DNA from: Bacillota bacterium | GTDB lineage: Bacteria; Bacillota; Clostridia; Christensenellales; SZUA-584 | Reading direction: 5' to 3' | Length of the DNA stretch: 64,000 nucleotides | Assembly (NCBI GenBank): GCA_023415915.1 | Contig: JAEZIZ010000083.1 | Coordinates: forward strand, 124,336 to 188,335 | Part shown: piece by piece, positions 20,692 through 29,124 of the stretch | How the letters are laid out: each line of letters starts with the position of its first letter | Numbering within the stretch: the first letter of the stretch is position 1 | Made by a program: the position numbers and the translations under genes | Notes under the pieces: model-generated | Seen by the model: only the letters and a program-made list of their open reading frames with translations | Databases searched by the model: none | What the model was told of the DNA's origin: nothing

Positions 20692-21903
20692 TCAACAGCT
20701 TTTACCTGCAAGGTACCCTGTGGAAAAAGATATCTGAAGGTTATATCCGCCGGTCAGCGCGTCGACGTCAATAACCTCTCCTGCGAAATATAGGCCGCCG
20801 CACAGCTTGCTTTGCATAGTAGACGAGTCTATCTCCTTTACGCTCACTCCGCCGCGCGTTATTACGGCTTCCTCTATAGGCCGCTTTGCCTTCACGCCAA
20901 GCTCTAAGCCTTTTAGCGCGCGCGCAAGCTTTAAGCGCTCCTCTTTTGTTATAGAATGTGCCTTCTTGTCGGGGCTTATGCCGGTAACGCCTGCAAAATA
21001 CGATATAAGCTTTGCAGGCAGCAGCCCACTAAGCACATTATCAAAGTTCTTATTCGACTTTTCCCGCAAGTCTTTAAGCAGCCTTGCGTCCAGCGTTTTA
21101 TCGTCGAGCGCGGGTTTTAAGTCGATAATTAACTTGTATTGCCTTGAGTCCTGCATATATGCGCTTGCGGACAGCACCAGCGGCCCGGAAATGCCCGTAT
21201 GAGTAAACAGCAGCTCACCCAACTCTTTAAAAACGGGCTTGCCGCCGTCTGTAAGCGTTAACGATACGTTTTTCAGCGTAAGCCCAGCTAAAGAGCGCAC
21301 GTCCTCCTCCGTATCCACTCCTACAAGCGAAGCGGCTGGCTCTATTATAGTATGTCCAGCCTGCCTCGCAAAGAAGTATCCGTCGCCGGTTGATCCTGTG
21401 GACGGATAAGACAGCCCGCCGGTTGCAACAATAACGCTGTCATAAGAAAGCTCCTGACCGTCCAGCTTTATACCCGCTACTCTTTTATCCTTAATAATGA
21501 GCCCCTGAACCTTTGAGCCGAAATGCACGTTTACGCCAGTGCTGGCAACAACCTTTGAGAGCGCCTTTATTACGTCGCTTGATTTGTCGGATACGGGAAA
21601 CACGCGGCCTCCACGCTCCACTTTCGTTTCAAGCCCGAATTTCTTAAGCATGTCAAGTAGTTCTGCGTTATCGAACGTATACAGCGCGCTGTACAAAAAT
21701 ACGCCGTTGGATACGACGTTATCGAAAAAATCTTCTATTGGCGCGGCATTAGTTATGTTGCAGCGCCCCTTGCCGGTAAGATAGAGCTTTTTGCCCAGCT
21801 TTTCATTCCTCTCGTAAAGGTCGGTGCTTTTACCGGCGGTTGCCGCCGCGTAAGCGGCCATTATGCCCGCGGGGCCGCCTCCTATTACGCAGACGCGTTT
21901 CAT
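20692..21903 (-). CDS. NAD(P)/FAD-dependent oxidoreductase, BaiN/HI0933 family
   Basis: N-terminal VIGGGPAGIMAA dinucleotide motif and C-terminal GLYFAGEVIDVDALTGGYNLQ typical of the HI0933-like family, 403 aa. Confidence 0.85.
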   Translation of the reverse strand: MKRVCVIGGGPAGIMAAYAAATAGKSTDLYERNEKLGKKLYLTGKGRCNITNAAPIEDFFDNVVSNGVFLYSALYTFDNAELLDMLKKFGLETKVERGGRVFPVSDKSSDVIKALSKVVASTGVNVHFGSKVQGLIIKDKRVAGIKLDGQELSYDSVIVATGGLSYPSTGSTGDGYFFARQAGHTIIEPAASLVGVDTEEDVRSLAGLTLKNVSLTLTDGGKPVFKELGELLFTHTGISGPLVLSASAYMQDSRQYKLIIDLKPALDDKTLDARLLKDLREKSNKNFDNVLSGLLPAKLISYFAGVTGISPDKKAHSITKEERLKLARALKGLELGVKAKRPIEEAVITRGGVSVKEIDSSTMQSKLCGGLYFAGEVIDVDALTGGYNLQISFSTGYLAGKSC

Positions 21904-22767
21904 CTAGCTTTCATCCCTGCCCGTATATACTTCGTGCTTATGCCAGAGGTCTTCCAGCATCTCGAAGTTTTGCCTAAGGCCATCCTTTCTGCGCATTCCT
22001 ACCACGAGTATCAGCGCGTTTATAACGCTTAAAGGTGCTACGAGCGAATCCACGAACAGGTTCATATCCGAATTTACATACAGACAATGGTCAGCAATCT
22101 TCGCGAGCGGAGCATGGTCGTTGTCCGTTATCGCGATGAGCTTGGCGCCGTTATTCTTTGCAAACACAGCGCCTTCCACCGTTCTTGAAGAATACCTCGG
22201 AAAGCTAATGCCTATAACCAAATCGCCTTCAGAAGCATGCACGAGCTGTCCGAACACGTCGCCTATGCCGGATATCACGAGCGTAGCCGAGTCGATGATG
22301 TAGTTCAAATAATACCAGAAGAACTGCGCTAGCGGCTCGCTTGAGCGAAGCCCCATAATATACACCCTTTTCGCCGCGAGTATGGAATCCGCAACTTTCT
22401 CGACCATATCGTAGTCAAGCACTTCCCTGACGTGGCGCAGGCTTGCTATATCGTTGCGCAGCGACCAGCGCGCAAGCTCCTCCTCCGCCATGTCGGACCC
22501 TAGCCCCATACGCTGCACGTTTGTCAATTTGTTTTTAATAAGCTCCTGAAGCTTCTTCTGAAGCTCCGGGTATCCTTCAAAACCGAGCGCGCACGCGAAC
22601 CTTACTACTGTGGACTCGCTTACGCCTACAGTGTCGCCGAGCCGTGATGCGGTAATAAACGCGGCGTTGTCATAGTGGTCGATAATATATGACGCTATGG
22701 CTCTGTGGCCCTTGCTCATCGAGTTTCTATTCTCTTTAATGATTTTTAATATATCCCCGTCTTGCAT
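21904..22767 (-). CDS. MurR/RpiR family transcriptional regulator (HTH_6 + SIS domain)
   Basis: Start moved to ATG 22767 (GGAGGTGG RBS; MQDGDILKII...). SKGHRAIASYI HTH region and a SIS-like C-terminal half. The stop abuts the start of the flavoprotein gene. Confidence 0.82.
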   Translation of the reverse strand: MQDGDILKIIKENRNSMSKGHRAIASYIIDHYDNAAFITASRLGDTVGVSESTVVRFACALGFEGYPELQKKLQELIKNKLTNVQRMGLGSDMAEEELARWSLRNDIASLRHVREVLDYDMVEKVADSILAAKRVYIMGLRSSEPLAQFFWYYLNYIIDSATLVISGIGDVFGQLVHASEGDLVIGISFPRYSSRTVEGAVFAKNNGAKLIAITDNDHAPLAKIADHCLYVNSDMNLFVDSLVAPLSVINALILVVGMRRKDGLRQNFEMLEDLWHKHEVYTGRDES

Positions 22768-22867
22768 AAAACCACCTCCGTTAAACAGCGTATAAGAAAC
22801 GCATTTGCGATAATTATTACACATTCCTATAAGCAGGACATGCAACCTTATTTTAAAGTATACCACA

Positions 22868-23650
22868 TTATTCGGAAAAATGAAATTTTAATTTTGAAAT
22901 CATGCAAATAAGGGACTGCATCTGCCCGTTGTCCGTTAGGTCATATTTAAGAGGTGTAAGCGAAGCGTAGCCGTCGCGCACGGCGCAGACGTCCGTATCG
23001 TCGCTGCCGCAGCTTTTTATAAGCTCTCCGGCCATCCAGATATATTCGTTGCCCCGCGGGTCATGCCTTACGTCCACCGAGTCCTCATATATCGTCCTTC
23101 CCTGGCGCGTAACCTTTACGCCTTTCAGCTCGCCTGTAGGCAGATCGGGCACATTAAGATTATAAAGCACGCCGTCCGGCTGGGAATCAACGACGCCGCC
23201 ATCGATTATATCCAGCGCAAGCTGTGCCGCCGTTTCAAGGTGTTTGGGGTAAAACGACGCTATGGATACAGCCATCGCGCGATAGCCCATTATAACGGCG
23301 TCCAGCGCCGCGGAAACCGTTCCGGAATACAATACATCAGAACCCATGTTGGCGCCGTGGTTTATGCCCGACACAACCAGGTCTACGCCCGATTGCATTA
23401 TGTGAGTTATACCTATCTTCGTGCAGTCTACCGGCAGCCCGTCCACTATATAGCAGGGTATCCCTTCCAGCCCCGAAGGCGCAACCTTTGAAACCCGAAG
23501 AGGCCTATTAAGCGTTATCGAATGAGCCGAAGCGCTTCGCTCGGAATCGGGCGCTACCACCGTTATGTCATGCCTTTGCTTAAGCTTTCCGGCAAGCGCT
23601 TTTATACCGTCTGCATGTATGCCGTCGTCGTTGACAATTAAAATACGCAT
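22868..23650 (-). CDS. surE: 5'/3'-nucleotidase SurE
   Basis: MRILIVNDDGI...GINHGAN motifs. Confidence 0.93.
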   Translation of the reverse strand: MRILIVNDDGIHADGIKALAGKLKQRHDITVVAPDSERSASAHSITLNRPLRVSKVAPSGLEGIPCYIVDGLPVDCTKIGITHIMQSGVDLVVSGINHGANMGSDVLYSGTVSAALDAVIMGYRAMAVSIASFYPKHLETAAQLALDIIDGGVVDSQPDGVLYNLNVPDLPTGELKGVKVTRQGRTIYEDSVDVRHDPRGNEYIWMAGELIKSCGSDDTDVCAVRDGYASLTPLKYDLTDNGQMQSLICMISKLKFHFSE

Positions 23651-23726
23651 ATTTACCCCCAATGGATTATTCTACAGCAGGCAAATATGCGTGTCAACGA
23701 GGTTATATGTTTAATTCCATAATTTC

Positions 23727-24869
23727 TCAAGCAAACAGCCACCATACAAAGATGCGTTTCAGTGAATTTCTGTAGTCAAGCACGTCTATATCCTGCTTTA
23801 TAATGGCGTCTACACGTCCTATCTCCTTTCCGTCAAGCAATATGCGAAGGTATCCTACGGTGTCGCCTTCTTTAAGCGGAGCCGTTACGTTTTCCAGCAG
23901 CACGAGCTCTTTTTCCAGCGCGTTTTCCTTGCCCTTTTCTACAAGAGCGGAGAAATTCTCTTTGGCGTATACGTCCACATACGGCGAAGTTCCGCCCGCT
24001 ACCTGAAGGTTTTTGGCAAGCGTCTGGCCTTCGGTAACCAGCGTTTTTGCCGTAAAGCCCGCGTATGCGTAATCAAACGCTTTACCGGCCTCGTCAAACC
24101 GCGTAGAGCTGTTGGGAGAGCCCAGCGAAACGAATATATACCTTCCTCCTCCGCGCTTTACCGTCGCCGCGATGCAATACCCCGCCGTCTGCGAGGAGCC
24201 TGTGCATATGCCGTCGCAGCCCGCGTAATACTTTACAAGCCTGTTTGTGTTAACCATCTCGGTTTCGCGGCCGTCGGGATGCTTGTAGTTCTCCATCCAG
24301 ATGTTGCTCCAGTTCCTTATCAGGTCGTACTTTACGAGTTCGCGGCAAATGGCGCTTATATCGCGCGCGCTCATCGTCTGCCCTTCGGCTTCAAGGCCGG
24401 TAGAGTTTTTAAAGTTCTGCGCTATGCCCATCACTTCCGCTTTCTTGTTCATCATCTCAACGAAAGCTTGTTCGCTGCCTGCGATTTTTTCTGCCAGCGC
24501 TGCGGTCGCGTCGTTGGCGCTGCATACAGTAACGGCTTTTAAAAGATTTTCGACGCTGTGCGTAGTATTGGCGTCTAAAAACACCTGCGTGCCGCCTTTT
24601 GCGGCCGCCTCCCTGCTTATCGTTACAGTGTCATTTAGCGAGAGCCTTCCGCTTTTTTCGGCTTCGCAGAACAGCAGCAGCGACATAGTCTTAATAAGGC
24701 TTGCGCACGGAAGCTGCGTGTCGGCGTCCTTTTCAAGCAGAACATTGCCCGAGCCCGCGTCTATCAATATATAGCTTTTTGCTTGCGAAGTAAGCGTTTC
24801 GGCATGCGCTGTATTTGAAAATGAGAATAGTATAATGATAGCCAGCAACAAAACAACTGTTTTTTTCAT
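23727..24869 (-). CDS. serine-type D-Ala-D-Ala carboxypeptidase (peptidase S11, PBP5/DacB-like) with an atypical third motif
   Basis: Signal peptide from MKKTVVLLLAIII (AGGTGG RBS, start 24869). SxxK = SLIK and SxN = SAN. The KTG position reads CTG (DGICTGSS). Confidence 0.85.
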   Translation of the reverse strand: MKKTVVLLLAIIILFSFSNTAHAETLTSQAKSYILIDAGSGNVLLEKDADTQLPCASLIKTMSLLLFCEAEKSGRLSLNDTVTISREAAAKGGTQVFLDANTTHSVENLLKAVTVCSANDATAALAEKIAGSEQAFVEMMNKKAEVMGIAQNFKNSTGLEAEGQTMSARDISAICRELVKYDLIRNWSNIWMENYKHPDGRETEMVNTNRLVKYYAGCDGICTGSSQTAGYCIAATVKRGGGRYIFVSLGSPNSSTRFDEAGKAFDYAYAGFTAKTLVTEGQTLAKNLQVAGGTSPYVDVYAKENFSALVEKGKENALEKELVLLENVTAPLKEGDTVGYLRILLDGKEIGRVDAIIKQDIDVLDYRNSLKRIFVWWLFA

Positions 24870-25002
24870 AAGAATAACCACCTTTCGCTCCATATCGTTC
24901 CCAAAACCAAATTAAGTTTTTGGGCTGTCAATGTTAGTTTTTCCTGCGCAAAAACGATTATTCTGTAATCATTACCCTTGCCGTTTCTTTAGACTTTGGG
25001 AT

Positions 25003-25026
25003 AAAAAAAGAAGCTTTTTCAGCTTC
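25003..25026 (-). terminator. terminator of the deoB-punA transcript, formed by the hairpin that begins repeat unit 1
   Basis: On the minus strand, GAAGCT gaaaa AGCTTC followed by TTTTTTT (reverse complement of 25003-25009). Confidence 0.65.
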
Positions 25027-25266
25027 CCCTTATAAGTCATTCCGAACGCAAGTGAGGAATCTTAAACAATCTGTTTCTTTAAGATTCTTCAGTCGCTGCG
25101 CTCCTTCTGAATGACAAAAGATACTTTATCGTCAACTTTGATAGAAGCTTTTTCAGCTTCCCCTCATATGTCATTCCGAACGCAAGTGAGGAATCTTTTA
25201 ATTTAACACATAAAGATTCTTCAGTCGCTGCGCTCCTTCTGAATGACAAAAGATACTTTGTCGTCC
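25010..25266. repeat. two tandem ~134-bp units of a structured intergenic repeat
   Basis: Units run 25010-25143 and 25144-25265. Each has the GAAGCTTTTTCAGCTTCCCCT hairpin, a 28-nt left arm GTCATTCCGAACGCAAGTGAGGAATCTT, a 15-17 nt loop, then AAGATTCTTCAGTCGCTGCGCTCCTTCTGAATGAC plus AAAAGATACTTT. The arms are identical between units and the loops are unrelated. Confidence 0.9.
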
Positions 25267-25293
25267 CAGAAAACATTGTTATTTGGTCGATAT

Positions 25294-26115
25294 TCATTCG
25301 GCCTGGCGCTTAATAAAACCGTCTATCAGCTTTTTGATGTTGTCGGCCGCAATCTTTCCCGTCTCCATCACTTCTTCGTGGGAGAGCGGCTGATCGAGTA
25401 TGCCGGCAGCCATGTTGGTTATGCACGACATTGCCGCCGAAGAAACGCCCGCGTGCGCCGCAGCGGTTATTTCCGGCACGGACGACATGCCCACGGCGTC
25501 GGCGCCTAAAATGCGCAGCGCCTTGATTTCGGCGGGTGTCTCAAACGACGGGCCTTTCATCATCGCGTACACGCCCGTCTTTACATCGATGCCGTTTTCC
25601 TTCGCCGCGTCTTTAAGCGCGCTTATAAGCTTTTTGTCGTACGCGTAGCTCATATCGGGAAAGCGCGGCCCAAACTCGTCTATATTAGGCCCTGCAAGGG
25701 GATTTAAAAACGTAAAGTTGATATGGTCCTCTATTATCATTATGTCGCCGGGTTTAAAGCTTGTGTTTACTCCGCCCGCCGCGTTGGTTATAAGCAGCTT
25801 CTTTACTCCAAGCTTAATAAGCGCGCGCAGCGGTATTACCGTCTCCTCCGGCGTATAGCCTTCATAGCAGTGAAAACGGCCCTGCATGCATACGATATTT
25901 ACGCCGTATTTTTGCCCGAACACTAGTTGCCCCGCGTGGCCTGGTACGGTGGAAACGGGAAACCCCGGTATGTCTTTATATGGTATTGTCTGCGCACTGG
26001 TCACCGTGTCCGCGTATCCGCCAAGCCCGCTGCCCAGCACCACGCAGACTTCCGGCGTGTTGCTTGTCCTTTGTTTTAACGAGTTGTATGCGCTGTATAT
26101 CCTTTCAACAGTCAT
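25294..26115 (-). CDS. punA: purine nucleoside phosphorylase (PunA/PNP family)
   Basis: GSGLG, HAGQLVFG, GRFHCYEGY and SFETPAE motifs. I prefer the start at 26115 (AAAGGA RBS at 9 nt). ATG 26124, which overlaps the deoB stop as ATGA, is an alternative. Confidence 0.9.
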   Translation of the reverse strand: MTVERIYSAYNSLKQRTSNTPEVCVVLGSGLGGYADTVTSAQTIPYKDIPGFPVSTVPGHAGQLVFGQKYGVNIVCMQGRFHCYEGYTPEETVIPLRALIKLGVKKLLITNAAGGVNTSFKPGDIMIIEDHINFTFLNPLAGPNIDEFGPRFPDMSYAYDKKLISALKDAAKENGIDVKTGVYAMMKGPSFETPAEIKALRILGADAVGMSSVPEITAAAHAGVSSAAMSCITNMAAGILDQPLSHEEVMETGKIAADNIKKLIDGFIKRQAE

Positions 26116-26120
26116 GTCTT

Positions 26121-27281
26121 TCATCCTTTCGTTATATCGCTGAGGAACGATTTGCCCACAGTCCATTTTACGCTGAAAAACTCGGCAGCCGTAGCCGCGA
26201 TGTCCGCAAACGAGCTGCGCGTTCCAATGTCTACTCCCTTTCTTACGCCCGCTCCGTAAACAAGTATCGGTATGTACTCGCGCGAGTGGTCGGTGCTCTG
26301 CGTCGTCGGGTCGCAGCCATGATCCGCCGTAAATACTATTATGTCGTCTGGCCCCAGCGTTTCAAGCATTTCCGGCACCCGCTTATCAAGAGCTTCTAGC
26401 GCCTTCCTGTAGCCTTCCACGTCGTTGCGGTGGCCGTAAAGCATATCGAAATCCACAAGATTGGTAAACACAAGGCCGTCAAAATCCTGCTTCATAAACT
26501 CTATCGTAGCCGTTACGCCGCTGTCGTTGTCCGTCGTATGACTTTTCTTTGTAAGCCCTACATTTGCGAATATGTCCTCTATCTTGCCTACTCCCGCCAC
26601 CTCGTACTCCGCGCTTTTAAGCGTGGTGAGTATCGTCTCTCCGGGCGGCTCGAAAGAAAAATCGCGCCTGTTCTTCGTCCTTACATAATTGCCTTCTTCT
26701 CCGATAAACGGGCGGGCAATTACGCGCCCTACGCCGAGGTCTCCGGTTAGCATCTCCCTTGCTTTTTCGCATATGTCGTAAAGCTCGGGGAGTGGCACCA
26801 CGTCTTCATGCGCGGCTATCTGGAACACGCTGTCCGCCGAAGTATACACAATAAGCGCGCCCGAATCCACGTGCTGCTTTCCCAGCTCCTTTATTATCTC
26901 AGTGCCCGAAGCCGGGTAGTTGCCTATCGTTGCGCGCCCAACGGCCTGCTCGAACCGCTCCATGAAATCCTTCGGAAAGCCGTGCGGGAACACAGGAAAC
27001 GGCTTTTCCATCACCAGCCCCGCTATCTCAAAATGTCCTCCCGTGGTATCTTTGCCCGGAAACACTTCCATTGCCCTGCCGTAAGAGCCTATTACGTCTT
27101 TTTGCGGAAGCCCGTCCACAAGGCGGCACATGCCGAGCGCTGCAAGGTTGTCAAGGCTTATGCCTTCCGAGCGCTCTATTATATGCCCTAAAGTATTCGA
27201 GCCCTCGTCGCCGAACTTCGCGGCGTCGGGCAGTGCGCCTATGCCTACGCTGTCCATAACGACAATAACGAATTTAGCCAT
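26121..27281 (-). CDS. deoB: phosphopentomutase
   Basis: [15 protein letters not shown]...[10 protein letters not shown], 386 aa. Confidence 0.95.
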   Translation of the reverse strand: MAKFVIVVMDSVGIGALPDAAKFGDEGSNTLGHIIERSEGISLDNLAALGMCRLVDGLPQKDVIGSYGRAMEVFPGKDTTGGHFEIAGLVMEKPFPVFPHGFPKDFMERFEQAVGRATIGNYPASGTEIIKELGKQHVDSGALIVYTSADSVFQIAAHEDVVPLPELYDICEKAREMLTGDLGVGRVIARPFIGEEGNYVRTKNRRDFSFEPPGETILTTLKSAEYEVAGVGKIEDIFANVGLTKKSHTTDNDSGVTATIEFMKQDFDGLVFTNLVDFDMLYGHRNDVEGYRKALEALDKRVPEMLETLGPDDIIVFTADHGCDPTTQSTDHSREYIPILVYGAGVRKGVDIGTRSSFADIAATAAEFFSVKWTVGKSFLSDITKG

Positions 27282-27320
27282 TAAGCACTCTCCATAGTTT
27301 GATATGGCTTATTATACCAC

Positions 27321-27352
27321 AAAAACAGCCCGGAAATATATTATTCGGACTG
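27321..27352 (-). terminator. candidate terminator of the rpsP-trmD operon, overlapping the trmD stop
   Basis: On the minus strand, CAGUCCG, a 13-nt loop, CGGGCUG, then UUUUU. It is followed by the extended -10 TGGTATAAT (reverse complement of 27311-27319) for deoB. Confidence 0.45.
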
Positions 27353-28075
27353 TTTTCCCGTAATGTATTCTATTTCGCTTTTTGTGAATACCGCTTTTGA
27401 AAGAAGCTCGGGGCGGCGCCGTGCCGTTTCGAGTATCGACATGCGCCTCTGATATGCGCTTACATTGGCGTGGTGGCCTGATAACAGCACCTCGGGAACG
27501 CTTAAACCTTCAAACTCAGGCGGCCGCGTATATTGCGGGTGCTCAAGCAACACGTCGGAGAACGACTCATACGACGCGGACTCGCTGTTTCCTAGAACGC
27601 CGTCCACATGGCGTATGCAAGAATCGATAAGCGCCATCGTCGCTATTTCTCCGCCCGTGAGCACGAAGTCACCTATCGAGACTTCCATGTCAATATGCAA
27701 CTTAAGCACGCGTTCATCCACGCCTTCGTAATGCCCGCACAGTATGTTGATGCACGCGTATTTGCTTAAATCAACGACCAGCCCGTGCTTTAGCTGCCTG
27801 CCGCGCGGCGACATGTAGACATTAATATACGGACGCTCGCAGCGCGATTCAACATCGAGAAAGCACGCGTGAACGGGATCAGGTTTAAGCACCATGCCCG
27901 ACCCGCCGCCGAACGGATAGTCGTCGGCTCTGCGGTGCTTATCTTTGGTATATCCGCGTATATCTATCGCGTTTATGCTGATAAGCCCGGCTTTAATGGC
28001 CCTCGACCACATGCTCGAAGTTAGCACGGATTCAAACATTTCGGGGAACAGCGTTAATATGTTATATGTCGTCAT
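27341..28075 (-). CDS. trmD: tRNA (guanine37-N1)-methyltransferase
   Basis: The conserved N-terminus starts at MTTYNILTLFPEMF (28075). DDYPFGGGSGMV motif. Overlaps the rimM stop. Confidence 0.95.
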   Translation of the reverse strand: MTTYNILTLFPEMFESVLTSSMWSRAIKAGLISINAIDIRGYTKDKHRRADDYPFGGGSGMVLKPDPVHACFLDVESRCERPYINVYMSPRGRQLKHGLVVDLSKYACINILCGHYEGVDERVLKLHIDMEVSIGDFVLTGGEIATMALIDSCIRHVDGVLGNSESASYESFSDVLLEHPQYTRPPEFEGLSVPEVLLSGHHANVSAYQRRMSILETARRRPELLSKAVFTKSEIEYITGKQSE

Positions 28076-28574
28076 ATACCGCGACCTCCGCCAATGCGGC
28101 GCTATCCACCGTAATAACGCGGGAATCAAGATCGACGTTTTTTATAACGCGCTTTAATGCCGGGAACATGAAGTTTTTCTCTCCTTTTACGACGTATACG
28201 TCCGCCGCGCCGTGCTGCAGCACGTCTTCGAGCACTCCCAAATTTCTCCCCGACGTATCGGAAACCTTAAGCCCAATTAGGTCGAATATATAATATTCTC
28301 CTTCATCAGGTTCGGGCAGCTCACGTTTATCGATGTACATGTACATGCCGCTTAGGCGCTCGGCGTCGTTTCGCGTGTCGCAGCCCTCTATATGCAGGTA
28401 CGCAAAAGGAGGCTCAAGACGCAGCGCTTCGAACGCCGCCTTCCTCATTGAGCCTTCCTCGTTTATATACGCGTAACCCCTTTCGCAGAACGCTTCGGGA
28501 TCATCGGAGAAAATCTCGACTTTAACGTCGCCCTTTATGCCCTGCGCTTTGAGTATCCTTGCAATCTCAATCAT
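28062..28574 (-). CDS. rimM: ribosome maturation factor RimM
   Basis: 170 aa with GIKGDVKV N-terminal motif and a PRC barrel C-terminus. Conserved rpsP-KH-rimM-trmD order. Confidence 0.9.
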   Translation of the reverse strand: MIEIARILKAQGIKGDVKVEIFSDDPEAFCERGYAYINEEGSMRKAAFEALRLEPPFAYLHIEGCDTRNDAERLSGMYMYIDKRELPEPDEGEYYIFDLIGLKVSDTSGRNLGVLEDVLQHGAADVYVVKGEKNFMFPALKRVIKNVDLDSRVITVDSAALAEVAVYDDI

Positions 28575-28803
28575 GCTCTACGATTTCTACGATATATTTC
28601 TTTTTTGACTTCGACGAAGCCGCTTTGACGACGGCGCGTATCGCTTTTGCTATTCTGCCCTGTTTTCCAATGACCTTGCCCATATCGTCGGGAGCAACCG
28701 AAAGCTCAATCACATAAGATTTTTCGTTTTCTTTCTGCGTTACGTTGACCTCTTCCGGTTTGTCTACAAGCGACTGCGCAATGTATTTTACAAGCTCTAG
28801 CAT
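28567..28803 (-). CDS. khpA: KH domain RNA-binding protein (KhpA/YlqC)
   Basis: MLELVKYIAQSLVDKPEEV...GKVIGKQGRIAKAIR (GxxG KH loop). GGAG RBS before ATG 28803. Confidence 0.9.
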   Translation of the reverse strand: MLELVKYIAQSLVDKPEEVNVTQKENEKSYVIELSVAPDDMGKVIGKQGRIAKAIRAVVKAASSKSKKKYIVEIVEHD

Positions 28804-28816
28804 ATAATACTCCAAA

Positions 28817-29056
28817 CTACTTCAGTACGCCGTTTTTCTTGAGCAGCGCCCTTACTGTGTCGGTAGGCTGTGCGCCGTTTTTAATCCAGGTCTGCGCTTT
28901 TTCGCCGTCAACGACGCATTTTTTTGACATAGGATCATAGTTGCCTATTTCCTCTATGAATCTGCCGTCTCTCGGCGCTCTTGAGTCAGCAACGACTATC
29001 CTGTAAAAAGGTGTCTTTTTTGCGCCTATTCTTTTAAGTCTGATCTTTACCGCCAT
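28817..29056 (-). CDS. rpsP: 30S ribosomal protein S16
   Basis: [35 protein letters not shown] before ATG 29056. Confidence 0.97.
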   Translation of the reverse strand: MAVKIRLKRIGAKKTPFYRIVVADSRAPRDGRFIEEIGNYDPMSKKCVVDGEKAQTWIKNGAQPTDTVRALLKKNGVLK

Positions 29057-29124
29057 ATTTTCCTCCAAGTTTTATCTTGATTTATTTTAACCACATAAAG
29101 CTTTAAGCTTTAAGTGGCTTTTAG

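Noticed and set aside
25010-25266. Possibility that the conserved-repeat/variable-insert pattern is a mini CRISPR array or an integron attC site.
   Set aside because: There are only two units, the conserved blocks are inverted rather than direct, and the variable inserts are 15-17 nt. No cas or intI gene and no GTTRRRY core site is present in the window.
25079-25297. A 72-aa minus-strand ORF with the internal duplication LLSFRRSAATEES. There is also a 61-aa ORF at 54139..54324.
   Set aside because: Both are read straight through copies of the intergenic repeat, so the duplicated peptide is just the duplicated arm. They have no RBS, and one starts at a TTG inside a terminator.
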